From Promethearchaeota archaeon (lineage in GTDB: Archaea; Asgardarchaeota; Lokiarchaeia; Sigyniarchaeales; SOKP01), in the NCBI GenBank assembly GCA_048941265.1, contig JBHLNT010000003.1:1-20690 (forward strand): DNA of 20,690 nucleotides, in the 5' to 3' direction. The notes beneath the pieces are model-generated. The model was not told the origin of the DNA. It did no database searches and saw only the letters and a list, made by a program, of their open reading frames with translations. Positions within the stretch are counted from its first letter, which is position 1; each line of letters starts with the position of its first letter. Below are positions 17,597 to 20,690 of the stretch, one piece after another. A program made the translations under genes and the position numbers.

Positions 17597-18952
17597 TTGA
17601 CCTTGAAAGATCTTAAACCTTTCTTTAACCCGAAAAGCATTGTAATAGTCGGAGTATCGCGACAGGCATATACCTTCAGTTATACGATTTTAAAAAATTT
17701 ATTAGAAATATTTTATAAAGGCCAATTATATATTGTAAATCCAAATGCAAACGAGATCTTAGGAGTTAGATCTTATCATTCTTTGGATGAGTTACCTCAG
17801 ATTCCAGAATTGGCAGTAATAGTTTTAGGTACAAGTATATTAGAGATAGTTGAAGAATTAGGTAAATTTGGAGTAAAATATATTGCCATTCAAACTGAAT
17901 TGAAAGCGGGTATTAATGATACAGATTTTACTTTGCAATTAAATCAAATATGTGATGAATATGGGATTACCTACTTAGGACCTTCCATGATTGGAATTAT
18001 AAATTTTATCGATAACTTCACAACCTCAATAATCCCTGTCAGACAACATATTATGCGGGAAAATAAAAATATTAAAGAGGGGATTGGCTTTATTGCCCAA
18101 TCAGGGGGGCTTGCAGGTGCGTTAGGATGGTGGACACCTTCCCAAAAATTACCTATTTCGAGGGTGGTTCATTTGGGGAAATCATTTCATATAAATGAGG
18201 CTGATATTCTTGAATTCTTTCTGAATGACGATAAAACGAAAGTAATTTCATTATTTTTACGAGAAATTACAGATGAACTCATAGAGGCGGTTGAAAATGT
18301 CGCCCCTTATAAACCAGTACTTTTCTTCTATGCAGGAAAAGATGAAATAATGGAAAAAAAATTAAAAAACGCAGGCGGTATCGCTCTTTTAAATTATATT
18401 GAACTCTTTGAGATCGCTAAAATCTTTTTATGGTGTCCAGAACCCAAAGGACCTAATTTAGGAATAATCGGTCCCTCCTCTGGAGCAATTCATTTAATTG
18501 TGAATGAAATGCGAAAACAACATCTATCACTGGCTAAACCAAATAAACAATCACAAGATATAATTTTAAATAAAATAGGAGGCTCAACTTGCGAATATGG
18601 AAATCCCGTAGATTATTGGCCTCCTGAGAAGTTTATTGGAATAAAAATATGCGGGATTTACAATACTTCAGCAAATACCTTATTAAACGACAAGAGTGTA
18701 GATGGATTAATTCTAGCATTAGAATTTTTTATAGAAATTGAATTTGACTTTAATATTTTCGAGGGTATCAAAGATAATTACCCTCAAAAACCAATTATCA
18801 CCATATTGATTCAAGCTGAGAGAGAAGGTACAAAACGAGTATTAAAATCTGCTTCTGAATTAAAAATTCCCGTGTTCGAAAATGAAGTAGAACGCGCAGT
18901 GAGAGGTTATAAATTATTATACGATTACTACTCAAAAATAAAAAAGAAATAA
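17597..18952 (+). CDS. ADP-forming acyl-CoA synthetase alpha subunit-like (CoA-binding) protein, lacking the phospho-His loop
   Basis: FFNPKSIVIVGVS, VNPN, LGPSMIG, QSGG, DDKTKVI, NPVD. No SHT(G) motif. TTG start. Confidence 0.82.
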   Translation: MTLKDLKPFFNPKSIVIVGVSRQAYTFSYTILKNLLEIFYKGQLYIVNPNANEILGVRSYHSLDELPQIPELAVIVLGTSILEIVEELGKFGVKYIAIQTELKAGINDTDFTLQLNQICDEYGITYLGPSMIGIINFIDNFTTSIIPVRQHIMRENKNIKEGIGFIAQSGGLAGALGWWTPSQKLPISRVVHLGKSFHINEADILEFFLNDDKTKVISLFLREITDELIEAVENVAPYKPVLFFYAGKDEIMEKKLKNAGGIALLNYIELFEIAKIFLWCPEPKGPNLGIIGPSSGAIHLIVNEMRKQHLSLAKPNKQSQDIILNKIGGSTCEYGNPVDYWPPEKFIGIKICGIYNTSANTLLNDKSVDGLILALEFFIEIEFDFNIFEGIKDNYPQKPIITILIQAEREGTKRVLKSASELKIPVFENEVERAVRGYKLLYDYYSKIKKK

Positions 18953-18958
18953 AAAAAT

Positions 18959-20227
18959 TTAACTTGAAAAAATATCTTCTAACTCTGTTGGGACCTTGTC
19001 TTTTTCATCTATTTTCGAAAGGGCATAAATAATTTCGCCACATTGACATTCTTTACTCTCAAATAAGTAGAACTTAAATCGATTTTTCCAATTGCATATT
19101 CGAATACTAGTAATCTCAGCTATATCCCCACATAAACAATAAATTGCCATAGTTTCGGAATAATTGGGAACCAATGTCTTGAAATTTTCAGAAGCAGTAA
19201 TAAATTCGCATTCATTTAAGACTGAATTAATTTTGTCTGAAAGCATAGACTTTAGCACTGGTACATACCCTTTAATTTTTCCATTCTCTATTTTTAGCTC
19301 GCTTAATACAATAAAATTTGTTTCTGGCACTTTTTTAGGCGGTTGAGGTGGTAAAAGTTCTTCAGGTATCGGAAATGGTTCCATACCTGGGGGATACTCA
19401 AAGCTAAAAACATATTGATTGGTTCCTCGAGATGTCCCTTGACTTAATAAAGTCATATTTTCATAATCCCTACTGTGAAGTATGAATTTTATGATTTGAA
19501 GTGGCACTTTCATATCTAAAAGCTTTAATCGGATATTTTCTAATATTTCATTAGCAAAATCTTTTAAAACCATGATATCATCGCGATTCTCTGTAAAAAA
19601 CTCATTTCTATGTTCTTCTTTAAAATTATTCCATTTTCTTAGTATTTCGGTTTGTATTAATTGGGGAGCTAAACAGAATACACACACTAAGGGAAGTACA
19701 TACCAAATAGGTATCGCATTTGAAAAAAACATTATAACTAACATAAAAACCATCAATATACCAATCATCGGTGTGGTAAATATTATTCTAAAGTTCCTTA
19801 TACGCTTATCTATAGACTGTTTTATGTTCCCCCTGGCTAATGCGATTTCTTCCGCTTTTTTTTTTAATTTTATGATGATATCCATGATTTGTTTATTTTC
19901 AAATTTTTTTTTAAGTAATTTATCCTCTTCATTCTCTACCGAAGCAAAAAAGTCGTAGATCTCACGCTTATAAAAATCTATGGAGCGGTCTTTATATATG
20001 AAATCGAAATGGTCTTCCTTAAAATAGTCGAGAAATTTGGCTATAAATAGTTTTTTCTCTATTTCTTGAATATCCTGTGGTTTGAGCCCTAAAGCTTCCC
20101 GAAGTACATCCATTTGAGATCTGCGAGCCGGTCTTGCAGACCTTCGACGCTGTGATTGCTCTTGTTTTTGTCCTTGTTCTTCTGATGGACTAGGCTCTGA
20201 GCTATTATCTTTCTCGGTCTCATTCAT
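18959..20227 (-). CDS. Hypothetical membrane protein (2 TM helices, C-terminal CxC...CxC)
   Basis: 422-aa ORF with typical codon bias; low-complexity N-terminus, hydrophobic hairpin at about aa 147-192, Pro-rich linker, YCLCG...ECQCG. Confidence 0.8.
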   Translation of the reverse strand: MNETEKDNSSEPSPSEEQGQKQEQSQRRRSARPARRSQMDVLREALGLKPQDIQEIEKKLFIAKFLDYFKEDHFDFIYKDRSIDFYKREIYDFFASVENEEDKLLKKKFENKQIMDIIIKLKKKAEEIALARGNIKQSIDKRIRNFRIIFTTPMIGILMVFMLVIMFFSNAIPIWYVLPLVCVFCLAPQLIQTEILRKWNNFKEEHRNEFFTENRDDIMVLKDFANEILENIRLKLLDMKVPLQIIKFILHSRDYENMTLLSQGTSRGTNQYVFSFEYPPGMEPFPIPEELLPPQPPKKVPETNFIVLSELKIENGKIKGYVPVLKSMLSDKINSVLNECEFITASENFKTLVPNYSETMAIYCLCGDIAEITSIRICNWKNRFKFYLFESKECQCGEIIYALSKIDEKDKVPTELEDIFSS

Positions 20228-20358
20228 GATTTATTCAAAAATTAAAATTTTTTTTATAAAATATTTAATTAAGTAAAGATAATTAATTTTTTGAATTAGA
20301 AGAAACGAAATTTAATAAATATAATTAAAATTCGCTCAAAATTAGCTTTCATTTTTAT

Positions 20359-20377
20359 AAAAAAAAATAAAAAAAAA
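20359..20377 (-). terminator. Oligo-T archaeal terminator candidate downstream of the NifU-like gene
   Basis: T9-A-T9 on the minus strand, 6 nt after the stop at 20384. Confidence 0.55.
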
Positions 20378-20383
20378 TATGAA

Positions 20384-20614
20384 TTAAATCGCGATTACTT
20401 CTTTAACCTCTGGAACGAACTGCTTGATTGCACGTTCTACGCCTAATTTTAAAGTCTGCTGGGCATGAGCGCAACCAATACAGTGACCTTGCAATTGCAC
20501 TTTTACAATACCATCATCAGTTATATCAATTAATGCAAGATCTCCACCGTCCATTTGAAGCTGAGGTCGAATTTTATCTATAACATCTTTAACGCGCGCT
20601 TTATCAACAGCCAT
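20384..20614 (-). CDS. NifU C-terminal domain (Nfu-type) Fe-S carrier protein
   Basis: IRPQLQMDGGD...VQLQGHCIGC (CxxC)...TLKLGVER...VPEVKEV. Confidence 0.93.
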   Translation of the reverse strand: MAVDKARVKDVIDKIRPQLQMDGGDLALIDITDDGIVKVQLQGHCIGCAHAQQTLKLGVERAIKQFVPEVKEVIAI

Positions 20615-20690
20615 TTTTTTCTCAATTTTATTTTTTTTAAGGTTCTTATTAAATTAAATGGTAATATGTATTAAAATAGTTTCTTTTATA

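Noticed and set aside
2770-19958. Other short ORFs (2770, 3368, 6344, 8282, 10130, 10613, 13070, 14102, 15817, 16109, 16736, 19164, 19572)
   Set aside because: All overlap well-supported genes on the opposite strand and show no recognisable motifs.

Overview
AT-rich, gene-dense archaeal window. The uL16/L10e gene, a HEAT+LRR protein, a GPH-type MFS transporter and oligo-T terminator tracts suggest an Asgard (Lokiarchaeia-like) host; this is an inference. It encodes mostly anaerobic acyl-CoA, B12 and Fe-S metabolism: a partial ThDP enzyme, an AbfD-family dehydratase, a cobO-mutase large subunit-mutase B12 subunit-meaB run, a CCG+LUD pair, an SDR, an MBL hydrolase, an MSMEG_0568-type radical SAM enzyme, a serine hydrolase, an ADP-forming acyl-CoA ligase alpha-like protein and a NifU-C protein. 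The ORF track misses the edge-truncated ThDP gene and an internally deleted Zn-dehydrogenase pseudogene, and shows only the first part of a frameshifted DUF1499 gene. No RNA genes, CRISPR arrays or mobile elements were seen. The main points of interest are enzymes with altered catalytic signatures. The mutase carries the Phe/Gln isobutyryl-CoA mutase signature instead of Tyr/Arg. The ligase-like protein has lost its phospho-His loop. The AbfD homologue keeps its Fe-S ligands but lacks one catalytic Glu. The Nit1C-type radical SAM gene sits without its usual cluster.
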